From Acidimicrobiia bacterium (GTDB lineage Bacteria; Acidobacteriota; Vicinamibacteria; Vicinamibacterales; UBA2999), in assembly GCA_038144855.1 (NCBI GenBank), contig JAYQOO010000006.1, positions 9,597 through 73,596 of the forward strand: 64,000 bases of DNA, read 5' to 3'. A program made the position numbers and the translations under genes. Positions 40,920-51,133 of this stretch are shown here, one piece after another. The number at the start of each line of letters is the position of its first letter. The stretch's first letter is position 1. A model generated the notes under the pieces. It ran no database searches. It saw only the letters and a list, made by a program, of their open reading frames with translations, and was not told where the DNA came from.

Positions 40920-41471
40920 CTAGGACCCGGTATCGGCCTTCGGCGTCATCATCGGCTGCGCCGGTGGCAATTCCTGTGCGCGCGGACGGTGCAGCAGGAT
41001 GCGTTCGTCACGGGCGCGGGCGTCCTGCTCGCGTATGAACTCGAGCGTGCTGTTCAGGGTGCGGACCAGGCCCTCGATTTCGTTCTCGACCTCGCGGCGC
41101 TTCATGCGCAGCGCTTCGATCTCGCGCTGCACGTCTTCAAGACGCGCCTGTGCTTTCTGCAGGATCAGGTCGCGCTGGCCTTCGGCCTCACGCAGGATCA
41201 GGCCGGCTTCCTTCTGCGCCTGCTCCTTGACCTCATCGGCGAGCTTCTGGGCGGTCAGCAGCGTGTTGCGGAGGTTGCGTTCCTGGCCGCGGTGCTCGCC
41301 GAGGACGGCGTCGAGCTTGGCAACGTCCTGGCGCAGGCGATCGTTCTCGCGCAGCGCGTTCTCGTAGTCGCCGGCGGCCTCGAGCAGGAAGGCCTGCACT
41401 TCGCCGCGATCGTAGCCGCGCATTACGGTCTTGAAGCGCTGCTGCCTGAGATCCAGTGGCGTCACTTTCAT
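40920..41471 (-). CDS. DivIVA domain protein
   Basis: MKVTPLDLRQQRFKTVMRGYDRGEVQAFL followed by a coiled coil. Confidence 0.8.
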   Translation of the reverse strand: MKVTPLDLRQQRFKTVMRGYDRGEVQAFLLEAAGDYENALRENDRLRQDVAKLDAVLGEHRGQERNLRNTLLTAQKLADEVKEQAQKEAGLILREAEGQRDLILQKAQARLEDVQREIEALRMKRREVENEIEGLVRTLNSTLEFIREQDARARDERILLHRPRAQELPPAQPMMTPKADTGS

Positions 41472-42175
41472 GGGTAATGCCTCTCTCCAAAAATCGCCGT
41501 GCCCACGCGCACCATCGTCGCGCCTTCTTCGATGGCCACTTCGAAATCGTGGCTCATGCCCATCGACAGTTCACGCAACCGGCCGGCAGGAACACCCTGC
41601 GCCAGCAACTCGTCGCGCACCGCGCGGAGCCGCGCGAACCATGGCCGCGCGTCCTGCGGATTGTCGACGAGTGGCGGCAGCAGCATCAGTCCCGTGAGCT
41701 GCGCCGCCGAGCACTCGGCGGCGGCATGGATCACCGCCGGCAGGTCCTCGACCGGGGCGCCATGCTTGGTCTCTTCCAGTGCCAGATCGACCTGGATCAG
41801 CACGTCAACCGTCCGGCCCGCCTCGCGAGCCGCCTGGTCGACGCGCTTCAGCAGATCGACGCTGTCGACAGCGTGAATGGCGCCCACCGCACCCGCTGCT
41901 TTTCGGGCCTTATTCGACTGCAGGTGGCCGATGAGATGCCACCGCAGGCTTGTATCGGCCGATTGTGCAATTTTCTGCAGGGCTTCCTGGACCTTGTTCT
42001 CGCCGAAGTCGCGTTGTCCTGCTTCGGCGGCGGCCCGGACGGCTTCGATGGGGTGGGTCTTGGAGACGGCAATCAGCCTGACGTCGTCTGGTGATCGCCC
42101 GGCGCGGCCGGCGGCATCCGCAATGCGATTGCGAATCTCCGCCAGCCGCTGAGGAATGTGTTCGTACACTGGCAA
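41468..42175 (-). CDS. yggS: YggS-family PLP homeostasis protein
   Basis: VRLIAVSKTHP (PLP lysine) and LSMGMSHDFEVAIEEGATMVRVGTAIFG. TTG start at 42175. Confidence 0.85.
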   Translation of the reverse strand: MPVYEHIPQRLAEIRNRIADAAGRAGRSPDDVRLIAVSKTHPIEAVRAAAEAGQRDFGENKVQEALQKIAQSADTSLRWHLIGHLQSNKARKAAGAVGAIHAVDSVDLLKRVDQAAREAGRTVDVLIQVDLALEETKHGAPVEDLPAVIHAAAECSAAQLTGLMLLPPLVDNPQDARPWFARLRAVRDELLAQGVPAGRLRELSMGMSHDFEVAIEEGATMVRVGTAIFGERHYP

Positions 42176-42177
42176 CC

Positions 42178-42197
42178 GGCTACTGGCTACCGGCTAC
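42178..42197. repeat. Three tandem GGCTAC[T/C] heptamers filling the TPR-gene/yggS intergenic gap
   Basis: ggctact ggctacc ggctac. On the coding (minus) strand this gives TAG at 42196, 42189 and 42182, one in each reading frame. Confidence 0.55.
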
Positions 42198-43144
42198 TTC
42201 TTCAATTGCGCGATCATGCCTTTCGCCTGCGTCGCATACTGCCCATCCGGGGCCAGCTTGACGTAGGCTTCAAACGACGCGACCGCCTCCGGCAACTTGC
42301 CTTCGTTGAGCAGGGCCATGCCGAGCTGGTAGTTCGCATCGGCGTGGTTGGCGTTCATCTTCAGCGTCTCTTCGAACTTCACCTTGGCATCGGCGATCTT
42401 GCCCTGGTTCCACAGGATGATGCCCTGGTTGAAGACGGCGTCGGCACTGCCGGCACCACCGCCGGCCGCGGCCTTGGCGCTCATGGCCGCCGCTTCGTCG
42501 AAGCGCTTCTGGTTGTTGTACAGCGTCGACAGCGCGGTCAGGGCCTCGGAATAGTCGGCCTTGAGCTCGAGCGCTTTCTTCCACGATTCTTCAGCGGCCT
42601 TCTCTTCCTTCTTCGCCATCTGCGCCACGCCGATGTTGAACAGGCAGTCGAAGCACGCGGGCGAGATCGCCAGCGCCGCGTTGAACTTCGCGATCGCGGC
42701 GTCGTGCTGGTTGGCGCGGCTCGCGGCCACGCCTTCCTCGAAGATCTTCTTCAACTCGGCGGCCTTGGCCGCATCGTTGGCCGCCGTCGACGGCACCAGC
42801 ACGATCGTCATCTCCGACACCTTGCCGAGCACGATGCGGGTGTCGTTGAAGGCGCTGCCGATCTTGGGGTCGGACGCCGTAACGCGATACATGCCGGAGC
42901 TGGTGAGCAACTGCACGAACTCACCCTTCTTGTCGGTCTTGGTGGTGAGCTTGCGGCCCGATCCGTCCTGCGACTCGACGACGATCGTGACGCCGACCAG
43001 CGGTTGTTGCTTGGCGTCGATCACCTTGCCGCGAACCATCGTTGACTGTGCCAGCACCGCGGGTGCCAGGCCGAGCAGCAGGGCGACCATCAGCGCGCCC
43101 GCACGAGCCGTGAAATTCTGTGTCATGGAAATCTTGCCTCTCAC
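42194..43144 (-). CDS. Secreted carboxypeptidase-regulatory-like plus TPR repeat protein
   Basis: Signal peptide, then a CarboxypepD_reg-like beta domain (VRGKVIDAKQQPLVGVTIVVES), then several TPR motifs. Confidence 0.65.
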   Translation of the reverse strand: MRGKISMTQNFTARAGALMVALLLGLAPAVLAQSTMVRGKVIDAKQQPLVGVTIVVESQDGSGRKLTTKTDKKGEFVQLLTSSGMYRVTASDPKIGSAFNDTRIVLGKVSEMTIVLVPSTAANDAAKAAELKKIFEEGVAASRANQHDAAIAKFNAALAISPACFDCLFNIGVAQMAKKEEKAAEESWKKALELKADYSEALTALSTLYNNQKRFDEAAAMSAKAAAGGGAGSADAVFNQGIILWNQGKIADAKVKFEETLKMNANHADANYQLGMALLNEGKLPEAVASFEAYVKLAPDGQYATQAKGMIAQLKK

Positions 43145-43166
43145 TATCAGTGTAAATCCAGTCTAG

Positions 43167-45146
43167 TCACTTGGCGAAAAACGCGCTGATCGCCTCGGGG
43201 TTCTGCGTCACCGGTGCCGGCGGAAACGAATCCAGGAAACGCCGCCCGTAGCCCATGGTCCGCAGCCGCGGGTCGAGCACCGCAAGCACCCCACGATCGG
43301 TGCGATGGCGGATCAGCCGGCCCAGGCCCTGCAGCATGGCGAGGATCGCCAATGGCACCTGGTAATCGCGAAACGCATTGCCGCCGTCGGCGTTGATGGC
43401 CTCGATTCGGGCGGCAGTGATCGGATCGCCCGGAGAGGCGAACGGCAGCTTGTCGATGATCACGCAGCTGAGCTGTTCGCCGACGACGTCGACGCCTTGC
43501 CAGAACGATGAGGTCGCAAACAGCACCGCGTTGGGCGTCGCGCGAAACTGCGACAGCAGCGCGCTGCGCGGGGCCGTGCCCTGCAGGATGATCGGGTACG
43601 GCACGTCTTCCGCCACGCGGTCCTTGACCGACCGCATCATCGCGTAGCTGGTGAACAGCACAAACGCGCGGCCTTCGCTGCGCAGCAGCAGGTCCCGGAC
43701 TTCCCGCGCCACGGCGTCGCCGTATTGCGACGAGTTGGGCGGCGGCATCTGTCTGGGCAGGTAGAGAATCGCCTGCTCGGTGAAGTCAAACTCTGACGCG
43801 ACCCTCAGGCTCTCGGCGTCGTAGACACCGAGCCGGCCCTTGACGTAGTCGAACGATCCTTCGACCGTCAGCGTCGCCGACGTCATCACGGTGGCCTGCA
43901 TCCGGTCGAACAGCATCTCGCGGATGATCTTCGACACGTCGATCGGCGCCGCGCGCAGGAACACGCCGCGGTTGCGGGTCTCGAGGAAGTAGACATACGA
44001 CGTGTCCGCGGCCTCGAGCAGGAACGAGAGGTGATCGCGCAGCTCCGCGGCCCGGCGTCCGAGCGTGGCCGCATCCTCATTCGGCTGCGCGCCCGCTTCA
44101 TCCGTGCCGGCCTTCTTCTGCATCGCCTCGTCGAGGCCGTTCAGCGCCGCGATCAGCCCGAGGCCGTCGTCGAGCACATCACCGAACCATCCCGGGCCGA
44201 TGCGCAGCCGCTCCTCGAATCCGCCGCGCGCGTGCCGCGCCATCTGCAGCGCGCCGAAAAAGGTCAGCGAGTGGTCGTCGACGCGCGTGACGGCATGACG
44301 CAGTTCCGAGTCGTAGTCCTCGATCATCCCGAGATTGAGCGCGCGCTCGCAGTCGCGGACCAGGTCGGCGACGCGCCAGTTGCTGACGGCGATCCCGAAG
44401 TACTGCGTGGCGACATCCTCGAGTTGGTGCGCCTCGTCGACGATCGCGAAGTGGCAGTCAGGAATCACCTCACCGTAGGTGCTTTGGCGCACCGATGCGT
44501 CCGCGCACAGCAGGTGATGGTTGACGATGACCAGGTCGGATTCGGCGGCACGCTGCCGCATCCTGGTCACGTAGCACTCGCGATATTGCGGACAGTCCTG
44601 GCCGAGACACGTCTCGGCGATCGCCGACACGTCGTGCCACAACGACGAGTCTTCCTCGAGCCCGGTCAGTTCGGCGCGATCGCCCGTTTCCGTCACCCTC
44701 CGCCACTCGTCCATCGTCGAAATGAAGTCCATCGGCGCGGCCGGGTGCGAGCGCAACTGGTCGAGCCGGTGCAGGCAGAGGTAGTTGGCGCGGCCCTTCA
44801 TGTAGGTGGCCGTGAACGGCACACCCAGGGCGTCCCGCAGCGCCGGGATGTCCTTGAAGTAGATCTGCTCCTGCAGGTTCTTGGTGCCCGTGGAGATCAG
44901 CACGCGCTGGCGATTCAGGATCGCCGGGACGAGGTAGGCGAGCGTCTTGCCGGTGCCGGTACCGGCCTCAGCCAGCAACACGCCGCCGTTGTCGAGCGTG
45001 TCGGCGACCGCCGCCGCCATCGCGCGCTGGCCTGATCGCGGTTCGAAGTGATCGACGGCGCGGACAAGGAGGCCCGAGTCCGCAAACGCCGCGTCGACCG
45101 CCGCCCTTAAGCGAGGCGTTCCGGGTACAGCGGGAACTTCCTGCAC
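43167..45146 (-). CDS. DinG/XPD-like ATP-dependent DNA helicase
   Basis: [16 protein letters not shown] (Walker A), VDEAHQLED (DEAH box), and a Cys cluster [15 protein letters not shown] (Fe-S). Start provisionally at GTG 45146, because the 825-aa ORF otherwise runs through glyA. Confidence 0.75.
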   Translation of the reverse strand: MQEVPAVPGTPRLRAAVDAAFADSGLLVRAVDHFEPRSGQRAMAAAVADTLDNGGVLLAEAGTGTGKTLAYLVPAILNRQRVLISTGTKNLQEQIYFKDIPALRDALGVPFTATYMKGRANYLCLHRLDQLRSHPAAPMDFISTMDEWRRVTETGDRAELTGLEEDSSLWHDVSAIAETCLGQDCPQYRECYVTRMRQRAAESDLVIVNHHLLCADASVRQSTYGEVIPDCHFAIVDEAHQLEDVATQYFGIAVSNWRVADLVRDCERALNLGMIEDYDSELRHAVTRVDDHSLTFFGALQMARHARGGFEERLRIGPGWFGDVLDDGLGLIAALNGLDEAMQKKAGTDEAGAQPNEDAATLGRRAAELRDHLSFLLEAADTSYVYFLETRNRGVFLRAAPIDVSKIIREMLFDRMQATVMTSATLTVEGSFDYVKGRLGVYDAESLRVASEFDFTEQAILYLPRQMPPPNSSQYGDAVAREVRDLLLRSEGRAFVLFTSYAMMRSVKDRVAEDVPYPIILQGTAPRSALLSQFRATPNAVLFATSSFWQGVDVVGEQLSCVIIDKLPFASPGDPITAARIEAINADGGNAFRDYQVPLAILAMLQGLGRLIRHRTDRGVLAVLDPRLRTMGYGRRFLDSFPPAPVTQNPEAISAFFAK

Positions 45147-46372
45147 AGCGCTTCGACTTCCGCCTTCACCTTCGCGAGCACCGTGCCGTCCTCTGGCGCC
45201 GCGAGCACGCGGCTGATGAACTCCGCGATCTGGTCCATCTCCGCTTCGCCCATGCCACGCGTGGTGACCGCGGGAGTGCCGAGACGAACGCCGCTTGCCA
45301 CCATCGGCGGATTCTGGTCGAACGGGATCGCGTTCTTGTTGACGGTGATACCCGCATGGCCGAGCGCCGCTTCCGCGACCTTGCCCGTGATGCCCTTCGA
45401 GAACACGTCCACCAGCACGATGTGATTGTCGGTGCCGCCGCTGACGATGCGGAAGCCTGCGGTGGTAATCGCCATCGCGAGACGGGCCGCGTTCTTCACG
45501 AGCTGACGCTGATAGGCGGCAAATTCCGGCGACGCGGCTTCCTTGAAGCACACGGCCTTGGCCGCGATGATGTGCATCAGCGGGCCGCCCTGCACGCCCG
45601 GAAACACCGTGCGATCGAGGTCCTTGGCGTAACTCTCGCGGCACATCACCATGCCGCCGCGTGGCCCACGCAGCGTCTTGTGCGTGGTGGTGGTGACGAA
45701 ATCCGCGTGGGGCACCGGGCTTGGATGCACGCCGCCGGCCACCAGGCCCGCGATGTGCGCCATGTCGACCATCAACGGCGCACCGACGCGCCTGGCGACT
45801 GCGCCCATGCGCTCGAAGTCGATGGTGCGCGGATAGGCACTGGCGCCGACGATGATCATCTTCGGCTTGTGCTGGTCGGCCAGACTCTCGAACTCGTCGT
45901 AGTCGATTCGCTCATCGTCCTTGCGGACGCCGTAAGGGACGATGTTGTAAAGCTTCCCCGAAAAATTCAGCGGATGGCCGTGGGTGAGGTGGCCGCCGTG
46001 CGCCAGGTTCATGCCGAGCACGGTGTCGCCGGGCTTCAGCAGCGTCAGGTAGACGCTCATGTTCGCCTGTGCGCCCGAATGCGGCTGCACGTTGACGTGA
46101 TCGGCGCCGAACAACGTCTTCGCGCGCGCGATCGCCAGCGACTCCGCAACGTCGACGAATTCGCAACCACCGTAATAGCGCTTGCCGGGGTACCCCTCGG
46201 CGTACTTGTTGGTCATCACCGACCCGGCGGCTTCAAGCACGGCGGAGCTGACGAAGTTTTCCGACGCGATCAGTTCGAGGCCTTCGGCCTGGCGCGTCGT
46301 TTCATGCGCAATCGCCGCCGCGATTTTCGGGTCGGCCTGCGCGAGCGTGCGTGACATCAGGGATTGAGACAT
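45107..46372 (-). CDS. glyA: Serine hydroxymethyltransferase
   Basis: ELIASENF and [14 protein letters not shown] (PLP lysine). Start at ATG 46372 or 46357. Confidence 0.95.
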   Translation of the reverse strand: MSQSLMSRTLAQADPKIAAAIAHETTRQAEGLELIASENFVSSAVLEAAGSVMTNKYAEGYPGKRYYGGCEFVDVAESLAIARAKTLFGADHVNVQPHSGAQANMSVYLTLLKPGDTVLGMNLAHGGHLTHGHPLNFSGKLYNIVPYGVRKDDERIDYDEFESLADQHKPKMIIVGASAYPRTIDFERMGAVARRVGAPLMVDMAHIAGLVAGGVHPSPVPHADFVTTTTHKTLRGPRGGMVMCRESYAKDLDRTVFPGVQGGPLMHIIAAKAVCFKEAASPEFAAYQRQLVKNAARLAMAITTAGFRIVSGGTDNHIVLVDVFSKGITGKVAEAALGHAGITVNKNAIPFDQNPPMVASGVRLGTPAVTTRGMGEAEMDQIAEFISRVLAAPEDGTVLAKVKAEVEALCRKFPLYPERLA

Positions 46373-46447
46373 GCGGGATGCACATTTTGACACTAAAGCC
46401 TGTGCGTTCAAAGGATTCAGAGGACCGTTGCGTTACAGAACCTTAAT

Positions 46448-46468
46448 GTTATATAACCATATTGTTAT
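46448..46468. promoter_or_regulatory. Candidate ArsR-family operator (GTTAT/ATAAC inverted repeats)
   Basis: GTTATATAAC is a perfect 10-bp palindrome. It is followed by catatt and GTTAT in an AT-rich island that overlaps the arsR-like ATG. Confidence 0.3.
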
Positions 46469-46823
46469 GAACGAGACCGAACTGCTGAACGCGACCTTTG
46501 CGGCGCTGGCCGACCCGACACGCCGCGCGATTCTCGCGAGGCTGGCGACCGGCGAGGCCACGGTGACGGAGCTCGCCGAACCGTTCGAGATGAGCCAGCC
46601 GGCGATCTCGAAGCACCTCAAGGTGCTCGAGCGGGCCGGCCTCGTGGTTCCCGGCCAGGATGCGCAGCGGCGCCCTCGCAAGCTCAATCCGAAGCCGCTC
46701 GCCGAGGCGTCGATCTGGATCGAAACGTATCGCAAACAGTGGGAAGCCGCATTTGCTCGACTCGATGTGGTGCTCGAAGAACTCAAGCCAGAGAAGAAAG
46801 ACCGGAGGCGCAGACAACGATGA
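46467..46823 (+). CDS. ArsR/SmtB-family transcriptional regulator
   Basis: ALADPTRRAILARLATGEATVTELAEPFEMSQPAISKHLKVLERAGLV. Start at ATG 46467. Confidence 0.85.
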   Translation: MNETELLNATFAALADPTRRAILARLATGEATVTELAEPFEMSQPAISKHLKVLERAGLVVPGQDAQRRPRKLNPKPLAEASIWIETYRKQWEAAFARLDVVLEELKPEKKDRRRRQR

Positions 46824-47299
46824 TGGCTGAACACATCACGGTAACGATCACGACACCGTCCGATCGCGAGGCGGTCGTCACCCGCGATTTCAATGCGCCC
46901 GCCGCACTGGTCTTCGCCGCAGTGACGCAGGCAGACCTGATCAAGCGATGGTATGGCGCCCACGGATCGGTTGACTCGTGCGAGAGCGACGTGCGGGTCG
47001 GCGGCAAGTGGCGATTTGCCTTCACCGTCGGCGGCAATCAGATGGCGAAGTACGGCGTCTACACCGAGATCGATCCGCCGCGCCGGTTCGTTCGCACGGA
47101 GCGCTTCGAAGGCTGGGACGCCTACGAAGCGGTGATGACCGTTGATCTCGTCGAACGCCAAGGCACGACGACCATGACGCAGCACTTCCTCTTTCCGTCG
47201 CAGGAGTTGCGCGATCAGGTGATGAAGACCGGCCTGACGCCACAGGGCATGAGTGCGTTCTACGCGCGGCTCGACGTGATGCTGGGAGAGGTGTCGTGA
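46820..47299 (+). CDS. SRPBCC / AHSA1-domain protein, copy 1
   Basis: ATGA overlap with the arsR stop. ITVTITTPSDREAVVTRDFNAPAALVFAAVTQADLIKRWYG. Confidence 0.8.
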   Translation: MMAEHITVTITTPSDREAVVTRDFNAPAALVFAAVTQADLIKRWYGAHGSVDSCESDVRVGGKWRFAFTVGGNQMAKYGVYTEIDPPRRFVRTERFEGWDAYEAVMTVDLVERQGTTTMTQHFLFPSQELRDQVMKTGLTPQGMSAFYARLDVMLGEVS

Positions 47300-47769
47300 G
47301 CGACGGCATCACCGTCACGATCACGACGCCGTCCGAGCGCGAAGCCGTGATCACGCGCCGGTTCCACGCGCCCGCCGGCGTCGTGTTCGACGCGCTGACC
47401 AAGCCGGATCTGATCACGCGGTGGTACGGTCCTCCCGGATCGATCGAGGCGTGTGAGAGCGATGCGCGCATCGGTGGTGCGTGGCGCTTCGTCAGCCAGG
47501 TGCGCGGCAAACAGATCGTGCAGTACGGCATCTACCAGGAGGTGAACCCTCCGCATCGTTTCGTGCGGACAGAGCGATGGGAGGACTGGGATCCAGGCGA
47601 GACGCTGGTGACGGTCGATCTTGTCGAGTCCGGCGGCATCACCACGATGACGCAGCGCATCCTGTTTCCGACACAGGAAGTCCGCGACGTGGTGATGAAA
47701 GGCGGGTTGACGCTGAAAGGAACGAGCGAGTTCTACGAACGGCTCGACGACATGCTCAAGACGCTGTAG
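47296..47769 (+). CDS. SRPBCC / AHSA1-domain protein, copy 2 (tandem paralog)
   Basis: GTGA overlap. ITVTITTPSEREAVITRRFHAPAGVVFDALTKPDLITRWYG is collinear with copy 1. Confidence 0.8.
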   Translation: MSDGITVTITTPSEREAVITRRFHAPAGVVFDALTKPDLITRWYGPPGSIEACESDARIGGAWRFVSQVRGKQIVQYGIYQEVNPPHRFVRTERWEDWDPGETLVTVDLVESGGITTMTQRILFPTQEVRDVVMKGGLTLKGTSEFYERLDDMLKTL

Positions 47770-47779
47770 GACGAACCCG

Positions 47780-48217
47780 TCAGGTTCGGCTGCGCTCGAT
47801 CTTTCCGACGCGGATGGCGTGGCGTCCACCCTGGAATGGAGTGTCGAGGAACGCTTTCACGATCTCTCGGGCGCGCGCCTCCGGCAGGACTCGCGCGCCG
47901 AGCGTCAAGACATTGAGGTCGTTGTGTTCGCGTGCGAGTCGGGCGGTGTCGATGTCGACGATCGCCGCCGCGCGAACGCCACTCACCTTGTTGGCCGCGA
48001 TCGCCATGCCGACGCCGGTGCCGCACACCAGGATGCCGCGGTCGAACCTGCCTGCAGCCACACCTTCAGCGACTGCCTGCGCGAAGTCCGGATAGTCCAC
48101 CGACTGTTCGCTCGACGTACCGAAGTCCTCGTAGACGATCGCCATCTCGTCGAGCAGCTTCTTCAGCGAGTCCTTGAGCTGATAACCGGCGTGATCAGCC
48201 CCGATCGCGATCTTCAT
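47780..48217 (-). CDS. rpiB: Ribose-5-phosphate isomerase B
   Basis: MKIAIGADHAGYQLK and GILVCGTGVGMAIAANK. Only the last 145 codons of the 547-aa ORF are real. Confidence 0.9.
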   Translation of the reverse strand: MKIAIGADHAGYQLKDSLKKLLDEMAIVYEDFGTSSEQSVDYPDFAQAVAEGVAAGRFDRGILVCGTGVGMAIAANKVSGVRAAAIVDIDTARLAREHNDLNVLTLGARVLPEARAREIVKAFLDTPFQGGRHAIRVGKIERSRT

Positions 48218-48241
48218 TGCCGATAGTATAGACGTGCAGCC

Positions 48242-49417
48242 ATGGCCACAGTGACTCTGAAACCGAAGGGCGAAGAGCGAGTCCGCGGCGGACACCCGTG
48301 GGTGTATCGCTCCGACATCGCCGACGTCGTTGACCCCGAACCCGGCGCGATCGTCGAGGTGCGCGGCGCGCGCGGCAAGGTGCTTGGCCACGCGCTGTTC
48401 AGCGACCAGTCGCAGATCACCATCCGGATGATCTCGCGCGCCGCGTCTCCCGATGATCCGCCAGTCGACGATGCGTTCTGGCGCGCGCGGCTCGAGTCGG
48501 CGATTCGCTTCCGCGAGTCGCTCAATCTGAACGCCTCCGCGTTCCGCCTCGTGCACGGCGAGGCCGACCTGCTGCCGTCGCTGATCGTGGACCGCTACGC
48601 CGATTACCTCGCGATGCAGACGCTGTCGCAGGGCATGGATCGGCTGACGCCGACGCTCGTCCGGCTGCTCGTGGAGATCACCGGCGCCAAAGGCATTCTC
48701 GCGCGCAACGACCCGAAGGTGCGGCGACTTGAAGGGCTCGAGCAGGAGATCAAGGTCCTGTCTGGCGACGTGCCCGCCAGTATCCCCGTGCAGGAGCTGG
48801 GCATTTCGTATTCCGTCGATCCGTGGCACGGCCAGAAGACCGGATTGTTCCTCGATCAGCGTGAGAACAGGGAAGCCGCCGCGCGTTACGCCCACGGTCG
48901 CCTGCTTGACTGCTTCAGCTACAACGGTGGGTTCGCCCTCGCCCTCGCTGCGAAATGCACGTCCGTCGAGGCGCTGGACATCTCCGCCGACGCGGTGGAG
49001 CGCATCACCGCCAACGCCCAGGCCAACGGCGTCGCCAACCTGACCGCGCGCGAAGCCAACGTCTTCGACGAGTTGCGACACCTGGAACGCGAAGGCGCGC
49101 GCTACGACACAGTCGTGCTGGATCCGCCGGCCTTTGCCAAGAACAAAGCCTCGATCCCCAACGCGCTTGCCGGCTACAAGGAGATCAACCTGCGGGCGCT
49201 CCGCCTCTTGAACCCCGGGGGCTACCTCATCACCTGCAGTTGTTCCTATAACGTCGACGAGGCAATGTTCGCCGAGGCGGTGTTTGGAGCCTCTGCGGAC
49301 GCCCATATTCCGGTTTCCGTCGTCGAAAAACGTATGCAGGGGCGCGACCATCCAGTCCTGCTTGGTGTGCCGGAGACCTACTACCTGAAGAGCCTTATTC
49401 TCAGGAAACTGGCCTAA
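48242..49417 (+). CDS. RlmI-like class I SAM-dependent rRNA methyltransferase (PUA plus MTase)
   Basis: GGHPWVYRSDI (PUA-like), LDCFSYNGGFALA, VVLDPPAFAKNK. Confidence 0.8.
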   Translation: MATVTLKPKGEERVRGGHPWVYRSDIADVVDPEPGAIVEVRGARGKVLGHALFSDQSQITIRMISRAASPDDPPVDDAFWRARLESAIRFRESLNLNASAFRLVHGEADLLPSLIVDRYADYLAMQTLSQGMDRLTPTLVRLLVEITGAKGILARNDPKVRRLEGLEQEIKVLSGDVPASIPVQELGISYSVDPWHGQKTGLFLDQRENREAAARYAHGRLLDCFSYNGGFALALAAKCTSVEALDISADAVERITANAQANGVANLTAREANVFDELRHLEREGARYDTVVLDPPAFAKNKASIPNALAGYKEINLRALRLLNPGGYLITCSCSYNVDEAMFAEAVFGASADAHIPVSVVEKRMQGRDHPVLLGVPETYYLKSLILRKLA

Positions 49418-49522
49418 ACTCACGAATTAGGCGACCGATACGGTCGAAGAGGCCCCCGGGCGGGGCTCAAATCTGGGCGGTTTTATTCGTGTAAGTGATG
49501 GGAGCCATTAGACGTTTGAGGA

Positions 49523-49551
49523 GTGACAGCCTTGTAAGGGCGTTGTACACT
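49523..49551 (+). promoter_or_regulatory. Candidate sigma70-type promoter for paralog 2
   Basis: GTGACA, 17 nt, TACACT in a lower-GC intergenic region about 100 nt upstream of ATG 49655. Confidence 0.25.
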
Positions 49552-49654
49552 CCCCAACCGCTGTAATTTTACTTTGGCGATCGCTGCGCGTATGCAGAGG
49601 CGATCGGGTTCTCGCCGCGCGAGCGAGGCAAATAGCAACATTTCGGAGGGGAAG

Positions 49655-51016
49655 ATGGCTAATCGTATCGTCGGCCGAATCGTGATTGGGGCGGTGGGCG
49701 CAATGGGCCTCCTGGCTCTGCCTGCAACGCTGTCAGCACAGACGGCCACGCCAACGTTCACCAAGGACGTTGCGCCGATTTTCCAGAACAAGTGCGAGTC
49801 GTGCCATCGGCCGGACTCGATCGCACCGATGTCGCTCCAGACGTATCAGGAAGTGCGTCCGTGGGCGCGCTCGATCCGCGACCGCGTGGCGTCGCGCAAC
49901 ATGCCGCCCTGGCACATCGATCCGGGTGTGGGCATTCAGCACTACCAGAATGACCGCTCGCTGACGCAGAAGGAAATCGACACCATCGTGAAGTGGGCCA
50001 GCAACGGCGCGCCGCAGGGCAACCCTGCCGACATGCCGGCGCCTGTGAAGTGGGCCGGTGGCAACGACTGGAACTATGCGAAGAAGTTCGGCGGACCGCC
50101 GGACATCATCGTCCGCTCGCCCAAGTACAAGCAGAAGGGCGGCGCGATGGATGCGTGGTACAAGCCCGTCTCCGAGGTGCCGCTGACCGAACCCCGCTGG
50201 GTGCGCGCCATCGAAATGCGTCCGGGCACGATCAAGGGCCGCAAGATCACCCATCACGCGCTCGCTTACCTGATGCAGGACGAAAAGGAAGCCATCGCGC
50301 AGGGCCTGATCAGTGCCGACAACGACAGCGGCGCTGGCCTCTTCATGGAATGGGCCGTCAACAAGGAAGGCGAGATCATGCGCCCCAACACCGGCAAGCT
50401 CCTGATGCCGGGCGCGAAGATGCGCTGGGACATCCACTACAGCGACGGCGGTGAAGACATCGAAGACACCGTCGAGATGGGCATCTACCTGTACCCGAAG
50501 GGCCAGGAGCCGAAGTTCCGCACGATGCTGTCGCTCTACAGCGGCGTCACCGGCGGCAACCGCAACCTCGACATCGCGCCGAACTCGATCAGCGTGGGCC
50601 AGAACTTCCACGTGATGCGCAAGGCCGGCCGCGTCGAGAACTTCCAGCCGCACATGCACCTGCGCGGCAAGGCGATGATGGTCGAGGCCATTCTCCCGAA
50701 CGGCACGCAGCAGGTTCTCGGCCACGTGCCGAACTTCGAGTTCAACTGGATGAACAACTACGTGTTCGCGGATGACTACGCGCCGCTGCTGCCGAAGGGT
50801 ACGATCCTGAAGATCACCGCGTGGCACGACAACACCGCCGCGAAGAAGAGCAATCCGGATCCCAACCAGTGGATCGGCTGGGGCGACCGCACGGTGGACG
50901 AAATGGCCCACGCGTGGATCAACATCACCTACATGAGCGACGACGACTTCAACAAGGAAGTCGAGGCGCGCAAGGCGAAGATGGCGACCACCACCGATCG
51001 CCAGCAACAGCAGTAA
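49655..51016 (+). CDS. Secreted heme-c-like (CxxCH) plus PHM/DBH-like copper monooxygenase domain protein, paralog 2
   Basis: GGAGGGGAAG Shine-Dalgarno sequence; signal peptide; FTKDVAPIFQNKCESCHRPDSIAPMSLQTY ... RNMPPWHIDP. Ligand pattern ITHHAL, WDIHYS, PHMHLRG, VDEMAH. Confidence 0.7.
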   Translation: MANRIVGRIVIGAVGAMGLLALPATLSAQTATPTFTKDVAPIFQNKCESCHRPDSIAPMSLQTYQEVRPWARSIRDRVASRNMPPWHIDPGVGIQHYQNDRSLTQKEIDTIVKWASNGAPQGNPADMPAPVKWAGGNDWNYAKKFGGPPDIIVRSPKYKQKGGAMDAWYKPVSEVPLTEPRWVRAIEMRPGTIKGRKITHHALAYLMQDEKEAIAQGLISADNDSGAGLFMEWAVNKEGEIMRPNTGKLLMPGAKMRWDIHYSDGGEDIEDTVEMGIYLYPKGQEPKFRTMLSLYSGVTGGNRNLDIAPNSISVGQNFHVMRKAGRVENFQPHMHLRGKAMMVEAILPNGTQQVLGHVPNFEFNWMNNYVFADDYAPLLPKGTILKITAWHDNTAAKKSNPDPNQWIGWGDRTVDEMAHAWINITYMSDDDFNKEVEARKAKMATTTDRQQQQ

Positions 51017-51033
51017 GGAACGCGACCTATCGA

Positions 51034-51080
51034 ACGCCGGGGTTTTCGGCAGGCAAGTTCCGAAAACACCCGGCGTTTTT
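51034..51080 (+). terminator. Rho-independent terminator
   Basis: Two-part stem, ACGCCGG/CCGGCGT and TTTTCGG/CCGAAAA, followed by TTTT. Confidence 0.6.
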
Positions 51081-51133
51081 GCGTTCAGTCACAGCGGAGC
51101 CGTTGGGAAGGCGGCTTTGTTTCAGGAGCTTCG

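Noticed and set aside
45147-45644. N-terminal extension of the helicase ORF through glyA
   Set aside because: It is the same strand as glyA but a different frame, and it is Arg/Gly-rich. Helicase-like sequence begins near GTG 45146.
48218-49423. Upstream 400 codons of the 547-aa ORF 47780-49423
   Set aside because: This part is antisense to the RlmI-like gene. Only the final 145 codons (MKIAIGADHAG...) match RpiB.
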